NCBI GenBank assembly: GCA_037439545.1
Contig: JBBIVV010000001.1
Location: forward strand, 190,945 to 204,149
Reading direction: 5' to 3'
Length of the DNA: 13,205 bases
Source of the DNA: a bacterium
Lineage (GTDB): Bacteria > JAMCPX01
Every line of letters starts with the position of its first letter. Position 1 is the stretch's first letter. Of this stretch, positions 1 to 8,609 are shown one piece after another. The notes below the pieces were generated by a model. It saw nothing but the letters and a program-made list of their open reading frames with translations. It ran no database searches and was not told where the DNA came from. Both the position numbers and the translations under genes were made by a program.

Positions 1-465
1 TTCGGGAATGATATAGATACGGATGTGATTATACCTGCAAAATATCTTAACACATTTGATCATGATGAGCTCGGTAAACATGCTATGGAAGGTGTCGAAC
101 CTAATTTTCACAAGAAAGTGACCAGGGGTGATATCATAGTTGCAGGTTCAAACTTCGGCAGCGGATCCTCAAGGGAACATGCACCGATAGCCATAATGGC
201 AACGGGCATATCCCTTGTAATTGCAAAAAGTTTTGCAAGAATATTCTACAGGAATTCATTCAATATAGGACTGCCGTTACTCGAGGTAAAAGAGGATATC
301 GATGAAATAAAAGAAGGTACACCTCTTGAGGTTAATCTTGACACAGGGCTGATAAAAGAGCTTTTAACAAATAAGGTTTACAAAGCTGCGCCTATTGCCG
401 GATTTATGCAGGAGCTTCTGAGTGCAGGCGGGCTGATGAATTATATGGAAAAGAAAATACGCTGA
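1..465 (+). CDS. leuD: 3-isopropylmalate dehydratase small subunit (short LeuD type 2 / DmdB-HacB-like), 5'-truncated by the window edge
   Basis: Frame 1 is open from base 1 (FGNDIDTDVIIPAKYL), so the true start lies upstream of the window. Motifs DIDTDxIIP, GxNFGSGSSREHAP and SFARIFYRN are present. Immediately upstream of leuB. Confidence 0.93.
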   Translation, partial: FGNDIDTDVIIPAKYLNTFDHDELGKHAMEGVEPNFHKKVTRGDIIVAGSNFGSGSSREHAPIAIMATGISLVIAKSFARIFYRNSFNIGLPLLEVKEDIDEIKEGTPLEVNLDTGLIKELLTNKVYKAAPIAGFMQELLSAGGLMNYMEKKIR

Positions 466-473
466 ATAAAGAG

Positions 474-555
474 AGATTCTTCGTCGAAGCGCCAAGGCGC
501 TTCTCCTCAGAATGACACCGAGCCATCCTGTCATTCTGAACGAAGTGAAGAATCT
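474..555. repeat. REP/RPE-like composite palindrome (AGATTCTTC...CAGAATGACA / TGTCATTCTG...GAAGAATCT) with an internal hairpin
   Basis: agattcttc 474-482 pairs with gaagaatct 547-555. cagaatgaca 508-517 pairs with tgtcattctg 529-538. The inner hairpin gaagcgcc-aa-ggcgcttc spans 486-503. Confidence 0.8.
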
Positions 556-589
556 AATGGATTTAGATTAACATTGGAGAATTGACATA

Positions 590-1651
590 ATGAAAAAACG
601 AATAGTTATATTTCCCGGAGACGGGATAGGGCCTGAGGTCATAGAACAGGCAAAAAAAGTTCTTACAAAGATAGCTGACATTGGGGGGATGAAACTTGAT
701 TTGCAGGAGTTCCCTATCGGCGGGGCAAGCATAGACATCTATGGGGTACCGCTCAAAGAAGAATACCTCAAGGCAGCGAAGAAAGCGGATGCAGTCCTTC
801 TCGGTGCTGTAGGAGGACCAAAATGGGACGTTGTAGAGCGTTCCATAAGGCCGGAGAAAGCATTGCTCGCACTCAGGGAAGGGCTTAAAACATACGCAAA
901 CCTAAGGCCTGCAAAGCCGTATGCTGCCTTGCTCACGGCGTCTACGCTAAAGCCGGAGGTGGTCGGTAGTGTGGATATACTCGTGGTGCGTGAGTTGACC
1001 GGCGGCATATACTTTGGCAAACCGAGGGGTATAAAAGAGGACAAGAAGGGCTACAACACGCTTGTTTATACCCGGAAGGAGATTGAAAGGATTGCAAAGA
1101 AGGCTTTTGATGCAGCAATGCTCAGGAAGAAGCACGTCACAAGTGTCGATAAGGCGAATATACTTGAGACCTCGATGTTTTGGAGGCAGATTGTGAAAGA
1201 GGTTGCTGTAAATTATCCGGAGGTAAGACTTGACCATATGTATGTCGATAATTGTGCCATGCAGATCATCCGGAATCCGGGACAATTTGACGTAATACTC
1301 ACGGACAATATGTTCGGGGACATTCTGAGCGATGAGGCATCGATGCTTACCGGCTCGCTCGGTATGCTTCCCTCGGCAAGTATTGGCGACAAGAAAGGCT
1401 TGTATGAACCCATACACGGCTCTGCACCGGATATTGCAGGTCTGGGCATAGCAAACCCGATTGCAACGATAGCATCCGTTGCAATGATGTTCAGATATTC
1501 ATTTGAAAGACCAGATCTATCTGATAAGATTCAAAATACTATACAAAAGGTACTGGATGATGGTTTACGTACCAAAGATATAGATGATGGGACAGGCAGG
1601 GTCGTTACGACATCGGAAATGGGGGAGGAAATATTGAAAAAGATAGAATAA
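590..1651 (+). CDS. leuB: 3-isopropylmalate dehydrogenase
   Basis: Motifs PGDGIGPEV, GAVGGPKWD, RPEKALLALR, VRELTGGIYFG, NMFGDILSDEASMLTGSLGMLPSAS and EPIHGSAPDIAG. GGAG RBS at 576-579. Confidence 0.97.
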   Translation: MKKRIVIFPGDGIGPEVIEQAKKVLTKIADIGGMKLDLQEFPIGGASIDIYGVPLKEEYLKAAKKADAVLLGAVGGPKWDVVERSIRPEKALLALREGLKTYANLRPAKPYAALLTASTLKPEVVGSVDILVVRELTGGIYFGKPRGIKEDKKGYNTLVYTRKEIERIAKKAFDAAMLRKKHVTSVDKANILETSMFWRQIVKEVAVNYPEVRLDHMYVDNCAMQIIRNPGQFDVILTDNMFGDILSDEASMLTGSLGMLPSASIGDKKGLYEPIHGSAPDIAGLGIANPIATIASVAMMFRYSFERPDLSDKIQNTIQKVLDDGLRTKDIDDGTGRVVTTSEMGEEILKKIE

Positions 1652-1654
1652 TGA

Positions 1655-1689
1655 AATTCAAAACTCAATATTCAAGATTCAAGATTAAG
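1655..1689 (+). repeat. Heptamer tandem array (nATTCAA, about 5 units)
   Basis: aattcaa-aactcaa-tattcaa-gattcaa-gattaag directly after the leuB stop. Confidence 0.75.
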
Positions 1690-1722
1690 AAATAAAAACA
1701 CAAAATAAAAGGAGTTAAGAAA

Positions 1723-2748
1723 ATGGGAAGTAAAAGCTATTCGGTTGCTATTGCAGGTGCAACCGGTGCAGTAGGGGATGTTATGCTGCAACTGCTTGAA
1801 GAGCGCAAATTTCCGGTAAGAGAACTGAAATTACTCGCCTCGAGCAGGTCAAAAGGTAAGACGATCAAATTCAAAGGAGAAAGTATATCTGTGGAAGAAT
1901 TGGGACCTCAATCCTTCAGAGGGGTAGAGATCGCCCTTTTTTCTGCCGGTGCCTCCAGGAGTAAGGAATTTGCAAAGCCGGCGGTAGAAGCCGGGGCTGT
2001 GGTAATAGATAACAGTTCGGCATTCAGAATGGAACCTGACATACCGCTCATTGTTCCGGAAATAAATCCTGACGCAATAAAGCAGTACAAAAAAACAGGA
2101 ATCATTGCAAATCCTAATTGTACGACCATTGTTACTTTAATGGGAGCTGCGCCTCTGCACAGGTATGGAAAGATAAAACGTATGGTGGCTACAAGCTATC
2201 AGGCTGTTTCGGGTGCAGGTGCAAAGGCAATGGCTGAGCTTGAAGCGCAGGTCAGGGCATGGGCAAAAGGCGAACCATTGAAGGTAGAGGTGTTTCCTTA
2301 TCAGATTGCATTTAATATACTGCCGCATATTGATGTTTTCCTTGAAAGCGGCTATACAAAAGAAGAGATGAAGCTTATCAATGAATCAAGGAAGATATTG
2401 GGTGATCAGACCATAAAGGTTTCACCGACGACAGTCAGGGTGCCTGTATTCAGGGCCCATTCTGTTGCGGTAAACATACAGACAGAGAAAAAAATCACGC
2501 GAGCAAAGGCAATTGAATTGATAAACGCATTTCCGGGTGTACAGGTCGAAGACGATCCTGCACATAAGAAGTATCCGATGCCGCTCTTTATAGCAGGCCA
2601 GGACGACTGTTTCGTCGGCAGGATACGGGAAGACGATTCTGTCGAGAACGGACTGAACTTCTGGATTGTCGGGGATCAGCTGAAAAAGGGGGCTGCACTG
2701 AATGCAATCCAGATTGCAGAGCAGATGATAAAGGACGGAATGTTGTGA
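1723..2748 (+). CDS. asd: Aspartate-semialdehyde dehydrogenase
   Basis: GATGAVG Rossmann motif, [19 protein letters not shown] (catalytic Cys), [18 protein letters not shown] and [25 protein letters not shown] at 1709-1714. Confidence 0.97.
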   Translation: MGSKSYSVAIAGATGAVGDVMLQLLEERKFPVRELKLLASSRSKGKTIKFKGESISVEELGPQSFRGVEIALFSAGASRSKEFAKPAVEAGAVVIDNSSAFRMEPDIPLIVPEINPDAIKQYKKTGIIANPNCTTIVTLMGAAPLHRYGKIKRMVATSYQAVSGAGAKAMAELEAQVRAWAKGEPLKVEVFPYQIAFNILPHIDVFLESGYTKEEMKLINESRKILGDQTIKVSPTTVRVPVFRAHSVAVNIQTEKKITRAKAIELINAFPGVQVEDDPAHKKYPMPLFIAGQDDCFVGRIREDDSVENGLNFWIVGDQLKKGAALNAIQIAEQMIKDGML

Positions 2749-4805
2749 ATGAAGAGAATACAAAATTATCAATGAGTAATTCCCCCTACCCCCCTTTAGA
2801 AAAGGGGGGAGAGGGAGGATTTGCCTTTGGTAAAAGGAGAGATGTATTCCGTCACAAGCTATGGAGAAGATTTGCGTTCGGTTTGCTGATAATTATGAGT
2901 TATGCAATAATGTCATCATCCGCTGCACACGCCTTTCCCAGTACAAAAATAGCTACTATTGCGGTCGGCAACGGACCGTATGGTATTGCAGGGAATGGAA
3001 CGTATGCCGTCGTGGCAGAAAGCCAGACAGGTTACGTCGACCTTATCAACCTTTCAAACAACCTGATCCCTCCATCCCAGCACCTTCTCATCGGAACAAA
3101 TCCATCCATGGTTGCCGTTACAAGCGACGGAACGACTGCCTATGTTACAGACTACGGAAAAAATAATATTTATGCCATAAACCTCAACAACTCGACCGGG
3201 TTTACTACCTCGACGATCCCGGCAGGCAGCGGTCCTCTCGGTATCAGTATAGCGAATAACACGGTATTCTTTACTAATTATAAGGATAACACGTGGGCAT
3301 ATTTCCCGGTGGGATCTTCCTCGCCTGTTACGCTGAAATCATGGGGTGGTGGTCCTATAAGTATAGCGGTAAATTCAAATGGAACTTTAACGTATGTGGC
3401 AAACAGTACGTCGAATGTAGTCAATGTATTTCAGTATAATTATAACGGCACCAGCACCTATGGCGTGACCACGACCATTACGACCGGATCGTATCCCGAT
3501 GCAGTTTTATTAACGCCCGATCAATCATCGCTGTATGTAGCCAATGCGAACGATAATACCGTCTCTGTGATAAGTACATCGTCCAACAGTGTTGTCGGTA
3601 CTATCCCTCTTCCTTCAGCCGGGCATCCGGATGGACTGGCAATAACGCCTGATGGCTCAACCTTGATGGTCCTGAATTCACCGGCAGGAGGTATTACCTA
3701 TATTCAGGTATCCAGCAACACGGTCATCAATACCCTGGCTCTTGGCTCGACCCTCGAGCAGGCATATATGACGCCCAACGGGGCTGATGCGTATATTACG
3801 GATTATTCTGCAAGTTCGGTCTATGAACTTGCGAACGTGGTCTCGATATCTTCGACAAAACCTTCTGCTATCAATAATTCGAACAACAATGTATCTATAA
3901 TCACATGGTCATCGACCATGTCAGGCACTTATCAGATCGAATTAGTCGGTGTCAACGGTAACCAGGGCAGCGGCACGGTAATACCGGGAAGAGGCGGCTC
4001 TGTATCTGCGGGACAGACCATTGCAACGCCGATCTATTCGTCTGATTTTAGTCTCGTTGGAGGTGCGGACGGTCCATATACGATATACATTTATCTCACG
4101 ACAACCAGTCTCACAGCGTATGCATCGACCACTATTACCTTATTGACTGTCCCTCCTTCACCGGCTTCCAATCTTTCCGCTTTGCCGAAAGACAGCAAAG
4201 CCATACTCAGTTGGACAGCAAGCACTTCACAATACATCGGCGGATACTATGTATATTATTCTCCGTCTTTATTCGACATTAATAGCCTGCCCCCGACTGT
4301 CGTCGACGTAAAAAACACCACATCTTACACGCTCAATGGCCTTACAGACGGGACCCTCTATTATATCGGCGTGATAGCTTATGACATTGCGACGAATGAA
4401 AGTATCTTGAGTAATATAGCGAGTGTTACCCCGGTTTACATACCGAGTCCTTCAGACCTTGCAGGACAAAAAAGCAATTGTTTTATTGCGACTGCAGCGT
4501 ATGGCTCTTACGATGATTTTGATGTATGGGTGTTGCGGCAGTTCCGTAACAGGATACTTCTGAAGAATGAGGCTGGAAGATGGTTCGTTCAAACCTATTA
4601 CAGGGTGAGTCCGCCTCTGGCTCATTTCATCGCAGATCATGATGCATTGAGGGCCATTGTCAGAGGTATGCTCAAGCCGTTTGTATTCGGGAGTATGGTG
4701 GTGCTGTACGGAACGCCATTTCAGAAGATAATGATAGTACTGGTACTTATTGGATTGATCCTTTTTATACCCGTATTGATGATGAGGAGAAATAAATATG
4801 CTTAG
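2745..4805 (+). CDS. Secreted/surface protein: YVTN-type 7-bladed beta-propeller, Ig-like region, fibronectin type III, CFI-box-CTERM domain and C-terminal TM anchor
   Basis: Signal peptide ending AHA. About 7 blades (e.g. [26 protein letters not shown]). FN3 signature ([10 protein letters not shown]...LSW...GYYVYY...[18 protein letters not shown]...NES). [10 protein letters not shown]...[10 protein letters not shown]...[16 protein letters not shown] from 4479, then a hydrophobic helix and RRNK. The GTG start overlaps the asd TGA (GTGA); an alternative in-frame ATG lies at 2772. Confidence 0.85.
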   Translation: MNEENTKLSMSNSPYPPLEKGGEGGFAFGKRRDVFRHKLWRRFAFGLLIIMSYAIMSSSAAHAFPSTKIATIAVGNGPYGIAGNGTYAVVAESQTGYVDLINLSNNLIPPSQHLLIGTNPSMVAVTSDGTTAYVTDYGKNNIYAINLNNSTGFTTSTIPAGSGPLGISIANNTVFFTNYKDNTWAYFPVGSSSPVTLKSWGGGPISIAVNSNGTLTYVANSTSNVVNVFQYNYNGTSTYGVTTTITTGSYPDAVLLTPDQSSLYVANANDNTVSVISTSSNSVVGTIPLPSAGHPDGLAITPDGSTLMVLNSPAGGITYIQVSSNTVINTLALGSTLEQAYMTPNGADAYITDYSASSVYELANVVSISSTKPSAINNSNNNVSIITWSSTMSGTYQIELVGVNGNQGSGTVIPGRGGSVSAGQTIATPIYSSDFSLVGGADGPYTIYIYLTTTSLTAYASTTITLLTVPPSPASNLSALPKDSKAILSWTASTSQYIGGYYVYYSPSLFDINSLPPTVVDVKNTTSYTLNGLTDGTLYYIGVIAYDIATNESILSNIASVTPVYIPSPSDLAGQKSNCFIATAAYGSYDDFDVWVLRQFRNRILLKNEAGRWFVQTYYRVSPPLAHFIADHDALRAIVRGMLKPFVFGSMVVLYGTPFQKIMIVLVLIGLILFIPVLMMRRNKYA
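2778..2822 (+). repeat. CCCCCTTT-n3-AAAGGGGG palindromic element, copy 1 (in frame within the CDS)
   Basis: aattccccctacccccctttagaaaaggggggagagggaggatt. The inner stem 2789-2797 pairs with 2801-2809. Same architecture as the copies at 9241, 10772 and 12591. Confidence 0.8.
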
Positions 4806-5520
4806 AAAAATGACAGCAAGGACAACCTGTTGGACAGTGCAAAACAAAAAAACGAACATTATAAAAAGGGCGATTCACCGAATCGCCCCTACTATTGTCC
4901 TTATGATTGTTCTGTGTGCCTGTTATACTCCGGTTCATGCCTCGGAAACTGTCCATTACGAACTTACACTGGGAGCCGGTGCACTGCATTTTACAAAAGA
5001 CCCTGTGCTTCAATCGTTTTACAAGAACAACTATTTACCCGTGTACCAGCTCGATGCGGGAGTCTTGTTCTATCATTTTGTCGGTATTGAAGGCTCACTC
5101 GGTTTTATTTACGGCATGAATACGATATCTGCAGCACCCGGTGTCGGACAGCAATATATACTTATGGTTTACCCTGCGAGGCTCGATGCAGTTTTGCAGC
5201 TAAGATTGAAAGACGATCAGGTCGTATATCCATACATTGGCGGCGGCGGTGTGGCAACGGGCTTTTATCAGATTGGCACCGGGGGCGGCAAAATAGTCAG
5301 CGGCTATAAGTATGGATATAACTGGGTAGGCGGTATCCGCTTTTTGCTCGATCCGATCGATATGAGGCATGTCGGCCATCTGCGTACAGAGTACGGTATC
5401 GATCATGTTTATATCGACGTCAGGATCGGACAGGATTTGGTCAATGATTTTCATAAAAGCAGTACCGGATTCGATTTTTCCACACAGTATATAACCGGCG
5501 CCTTCGGCTTTGAATTTTAA
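4798..5520 (+). CDS. Outer-membrane beta-barrel protein, MXAN_2562-like
   Basis: GAGGAG RBS at 4784-4789. Signal peptide ending VHA, amphipathic strands ([23 protein letters not shown]) and a C-terminal BAM-type signal GAFGFEF. The segment [25 protein letters not shown] resembles the MXAN_2562 family (recognised from memory, not searched). Confidence 0.72.
   Translation: MLRKMTARTTCWTVQNKKTNIIKRAIHRIAPTIVLMIVLCACYTPVHASETVHYELTLGAGALHFTKDPVLQSFYKNNYLPVYQLDAGVLFYHFVGIEGSLGFIYGMNTISAAPGVGQQYILMVYPARLDAVLQLRLKDDQVVYPYIGGGGVATGFYQIGTGGGKIVSGYKYGYNWVGGIRFLLDPIDMRHVGHLRTEYGIDHVYIDVRIGQDLVNDFHKSSTGFDFSTQYITGAFGFEF
4868..4892 (-). repeat. GTAG-type REP element inside the OMP coding sequence
   Basis: The minus strand reads GTAG-GGGCGATTC-GGT-GAATCGCCC: a GTAG tetranucleotide followed by a perfect 9-bp stem (4868-4876 with 4880-4888). 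Confidence 0.75.
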
Positions 5521-5544
5521 ATCTTGAATTTTGAGCCTTGAATT
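5510..5544 (-). repeat. Heptamer tandem array (TTGAATn, 5 units), inverted relative to 1655-1689
   Basis: ttgaatt-ttaaatc-ttgaatt-ttgagcc-ttgaatt. It overlaps the OMP stop and the truA TTG start. Confidence 0.75.
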
Positions 5545-6284
5545 TATTACAGAAGCGCAACATAAAGCTTATTATCGAGTATGACGGTACCAATTACAGC
5601 GGCTGGCAAACACAGGCTCATGTCCCGTCAATCCAGTCAACGGTAAAATCAGCAATCGAAAAATTGACCGGTGAACGCATTATTTTAATTGGTGCAGGGA
5701 GGACTGATTCTGGTGTTCACGCACAAGGGCAGGCAGCGAACTTTCACACACACACGAGATTATCGGTAGATAGTATGTCTTTAGCAATCAATGCGCATCT
5801 GCCCCGGGATATCGCAGTGAAGTCTGCAGAAGAAGTACCTTTGGATTTCAATGCACGAAAAAATGCAAAGGCAAGAGAATACATGTATGTAGTAAGCAAT
5901 AATAAGTTTAGGACAGCATTGTACAGGCATTACAGTTATCATGTGCCTCTTACATTAGATATCCCCGCCATGAAAGAGGCTGCAGCTTATTGTAAGGGAA
6001 AACACGATTTTTCAGGATTTACTGGCGGACGAAAGACCGAAAACGGGGTGAGAAACATCATGAAACTTGATATAGAGAGAAAGGTTGATTTTATATGCAT
6101 AACGGTAAAAGCAAACAGTTTTTTGACACACATGATCCGGTATATGGTCGCAGCCCTATTGGAGGTAGGCAGAGATATGATGAAAGCGGAGGATATAAAA
6201 ATTTATCTTGAGCCAACACTGAAAAAATGGACTCATTCAAGGGCCCCTGCACGAGGATTATTTCTGATGAAGGTGGATTATTGA
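5538..6284 (+). CDS. truA: tRNA pseudouridine(38-40) synthase
   Basis: Motifs [21 protein letters not shown] (catalytic Asp), [16 protein letters not shown] and [13 protein letters not shown]. The exact start codon is uncertain (TTG, no clear RBS). Confidence 0.95.
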   Translation: MNLLQKRNIKLIIEYDGTNYSGWQTQAHVPSIQSTVKSAIEKLTGERIILIGAGRTDSGVHAQGQAANFHTHTRLSVDSMSLAINAHLPRDIAVKSAEEVPLDFNARKNAKAREYMYVVSNNKFRTALYRHYSYHVPLTLDIPAMKEAAAYCKGKHDFSGFTGGRKTENGVRNIMKLDIERKVDFICITVKANSFLTHMIRYMVAALLEVGRDMMKAEDIKIYLEPTLKKWTHSRAPARGLFLMKVDY

Positions 6285-8080
6285 TGGACACCTCACGTAT
6301 CAGGAATTTTTCCATCGTAGCCCATATCGATCACGGCAAGTCCACGCTTGCCGACAGGATACTTGAGCGCACGGGTGTTCTGTCCATGCGGGAGAAAAAG
6401 GACCAATTCCTTGACCAAATGGAGCTTGAAAGGGAAAGAGGCATCACCATCAAGGCTTCTCCAGTCCGGATAAACTATAAGGCAAAATCAGGGGAAGACT
6501 TTATATTCAACCTTATCGATACTCCGGGACATGTCGATTTTTCCTATGAGGTTTCAAGAAGCCTTGCAGCGTGTGAAGGCGCGCTTCTTGTCGTCGATGC
6601 AACGCAGGGTGTCGAAGCACAGACCCTTGCGAACGCATATCTTGCCATAGATAACAACCTCGAGCTTATACCGGTAATAAACAAGATCGATCTTCCGGGT
6701 GCTGATCCTGAAAAGGTAAGAAAGGAGATAGAGGATATCATCGGTATAGATGCATCCGGTGCAATACTTGCAAGTGCAAAAGAAGGTATCGGCATAGACG
6801 AGATACTTGAATCGGTTATAACCCGTATACCGCATCCTTCCGGCAATCAGGATAATCCTTTGAGTGCACTCTTATTTGATAGCTGGTATGACAGCTATCA
6901 GGGCGTGGTCATGACGGTAAGATTGTTCGACGGCACGGTTAAAGTCAAAGACAGGATCAAATTATTTTCGACAGGCAGGAGCTATGAGGTGACGAACCTC
7001 GGCATTGTAGACCCTCTGGTAAGAGAGGTTCAAAGCCTCTCAGCAGGGGAGGTCGGCGTTATTATCGCCGGGATAAAAGACCTTCATGAAACAACGATAG
7101 GTGATACGATAACACTCGAAAACAATCCGGTTTCAACGCCTCTCCCGGGTTTCAAGCACATAAAGCCACTGGTATTTGCGGGCTTGTATCCCGTCGAGAA
7201 TAATCAGTATGAATCGCTGAAGGCTGCTATTGAAAAGCTGATCCTCAACGATTCATCGTTTACCTATGAGCCGGAGACATCGACTGCACTCGGCTTCGGG
7301 TTCAGATGCGGGTTCCTCGGGCTGCTTCATAAAGAAATCATTCAGGAAAGACTCGAGAGGGAATACGAGCTCGAACTCATTTCGACGGCACCGACCGTCG
7401 AATATCATATTCATCTGCAGGATGGCGAGATGCTGTCTGTGGAAAATCCGGCAAACTTTCCGGAAAACAGGTCTATCCAGAGGATAGAAGAGCCTTATGT
7501 CGTGGTAACGATCCATATACCGTCGGAATATGTAGGTGCCGTATTAAAGCTGTGTGAAGATAAAAGGGGCGTGCAGAGAGAGATGAAGTATCTCACACAG
7601 AACAAGGTCATGATTATCTATGAACTGCCGCTCTCTGAAATGATCAGCGATTTTTATGACAAGCTGAAATCAATTTCAAGGGGTTATGCATCGATGGAGT
7701 ATGAATTTCTCGATTATAAAACATCGGAGCTTATAAAGCTGAATATCCTTATCAACGGGGACTCGGTGGATGCGCTTTCCCTCATCGTTCACAAGGAAAA
7801 TGCATATTACCGGGGAAGGGCGCTTACGGAAAAACTCAGGAAGGTCATACCGAGGCAGTTGTTCGAGGTAAACATTCAGGCTGCGATTGGATCGAGGGTC
7901 ATTGCGAAGGAAAGTGTCAGGGCAATGAGGAAGGATGTTCTGGCAAAGTGCTACGGCGGAGATATTACGAGAAAAAGGAAGCTGCTCGAGAAACAGAAAG
8001 AGGGCAAGAAGAGGATGAAGCAGGTCGGTGTTATCAACATTCCGCAGGAGGCATTTTTATCCGTGCTGAAGACGGATTAG
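6284..8080 (+). CDS. lepA: Translation elongation factor 4
   Basis: Motifs [43 protein letters not shown] and [25 protein letters not shown]. The start is moved from 6227 to ATG 6284, which overlaps the truA stop (TGATG) and gives the normal LepA N-terminus. Confidence 0.97.
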   Translation: MDTSRIRNFSIVAHIDHGKSTLADRILERTGVLSMREKKDQFLDQMELERERGITIKASPVRINYKAKSGEDFIFNLIDTPGHVDFSYEVSRSLAACEGALLVVDATQGVEAQTLANAYLAIDNNLELIPVINKIDLPGADPEKVRKEIEDIIGIDASGAILASAKEGIGIDEILESVITRIPHPSGNQDNPLSALLFDSWYDSYQGVVMTVRLFDGTVKVKDRIKLFSTGRSYEVTNLGIVDPLVREVQSLSAGEVGVIIAGIKDLHETTIGDTITLENNPVSTPLPGFKHIKPLVFAGLYPVENNQYESLKAAIEKLILNDSSFTYEPETSTALGFGFRCGFLGLLHKEIIQERLEREYELELISTAPTVEYHIHLQDGEMLSVENPANFPENRSIQRIEEPYVVVTIHIPSEYVGAVLKLCEDKRGVQREMKYLTQNKVMIIYELPLSEMISDFYDKLKSISRGYASMEYEFLDYKTSELIKLNILINGDSVDALSLIVHKENAYYRGRALTEKLRKVIPRQLFEVNIQAAIGSRVIAKESVRAMRKDVLAKCYGGDITRKRKLLEKQKEGKKRMKQVGVINIPQEAFLSVLKTD

Positions 8081-8083
8081 AAG

Positions 8084-8143
8084 GCACAAACACTAAATCC
8101 TAAACACTAAACACTAAATACTAAATTCTAAACAATATCAAAT
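8084..8143 (+). repeat. Heptamer tandem array (nnCTAAA, 6-7 units), left arm flanking the four-helix-bundle gene
   Basis: gcacaaa-cactaaa-tcctaaa-cactaaa-cactaaa-tactaaa-ttctaaa-caatatcaaat. Confidence 0.88.
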
Positions 8144-8144
8144 T

Positions 8145-8507
8145 ATGGAAATCCAAAATAAAAAACAGTATGATTTAGAAGACAGAACGCTTGATTTTAC
8201 GAAGGCGGTTATTGCATTCATCAATAAATTACAAAATAACGTGCCAAATATGGAAATTTCTAAACAATTAATCAGGTCTGCCGGTTCCGTTGGAGCAAAT
8301 TATATTGAGGCCAATGAATCACTTAGCAAAAAAGATTTTATCATGAGAATAAAAATTAGCCGTAAGGAAGCAAAAGAGACCCGCTATTGGTTGAGACTTG
8401 TAATTTGTTATACTGAGGAATCCAATAAAGAACGGGAGAAACTTGTTCAGGAATCCTATGAGCTTATGAAAATATTTGGAGCAATATTAGAAAAAACAAA
8501 AAAATAA
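8145..8507 (+). CDS. Four-helix-bundle protein (TIGR02436 / 23S rRNA IVS protein family, Avd-like fold)
   Basis: 120 aa with DLEDRT, KQLIRSAGSVGANYIEANESLSKKDF and ISRKEAKETRYWLRL. Visibly AT-richer than lepA and lepB. No Shine-Dalgarno sequence. Confidence 0.93.
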   Translation: MEIQNKKQYDLEDRTLDFTKAVIAFINKLQNNVPNMEISKQLIRSAGSVGANYIEANESLSKKDFIMRIKISRKEAKETRYWLRLVICYTEESNKEREKLVQESYELMKIFGAILEKTKK

Positions 8508-8524
8508 AAGGTATAAATTGTTGT

Positions 8525-8590
8525 TTTTAGGATATTTGATATTTATATTTTGAATTTGTTTAGAATTTAGATATTAGAATTTAGAATTTT
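8525..8590 (-). repeat. Heptamer array (TTTAGAn), right arm, reverse-complementary to 8084-8143
   Basis: tttagaa-tttagat-attagaa-tttagaa at 8559-8586. ttgtttagaatttag 8556-8570 is the exact reverse complement of 8121-8135, and atttgatatt 8534-8543 of 8134-8143. Confidence 0.88.
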
Positions 8591-8609
8591 ATTACATAAG
8601 GGAGCTGAC

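Noticed and set aside
25..27. GTG start for leuD
   Set aside because: The conserved DIDTD motif lies upstream in the same frame, so the gene is cut by the window edge.
2842..2889. AAGGAG followed by ATG 2842 as start of the surface protein
   Set aside because: Out of frame, gives only a 15-codon ORF, and the RBS spacing is too short.
6227..6283. 19-aa N-terminal extension of LepA in the ORF track
   Set aside because: It overlaps the conserved truA C-terminus. ATG 6284 gives the normal LepA start with TGATG coupling.
8084..8590. CRISPR array or full diversity-generating retroelement
   Set aside because: The repeats are 7-nt tandem units without spacers. No cas gene, reverse transcriptase or TR/VR pair is visible in the window.
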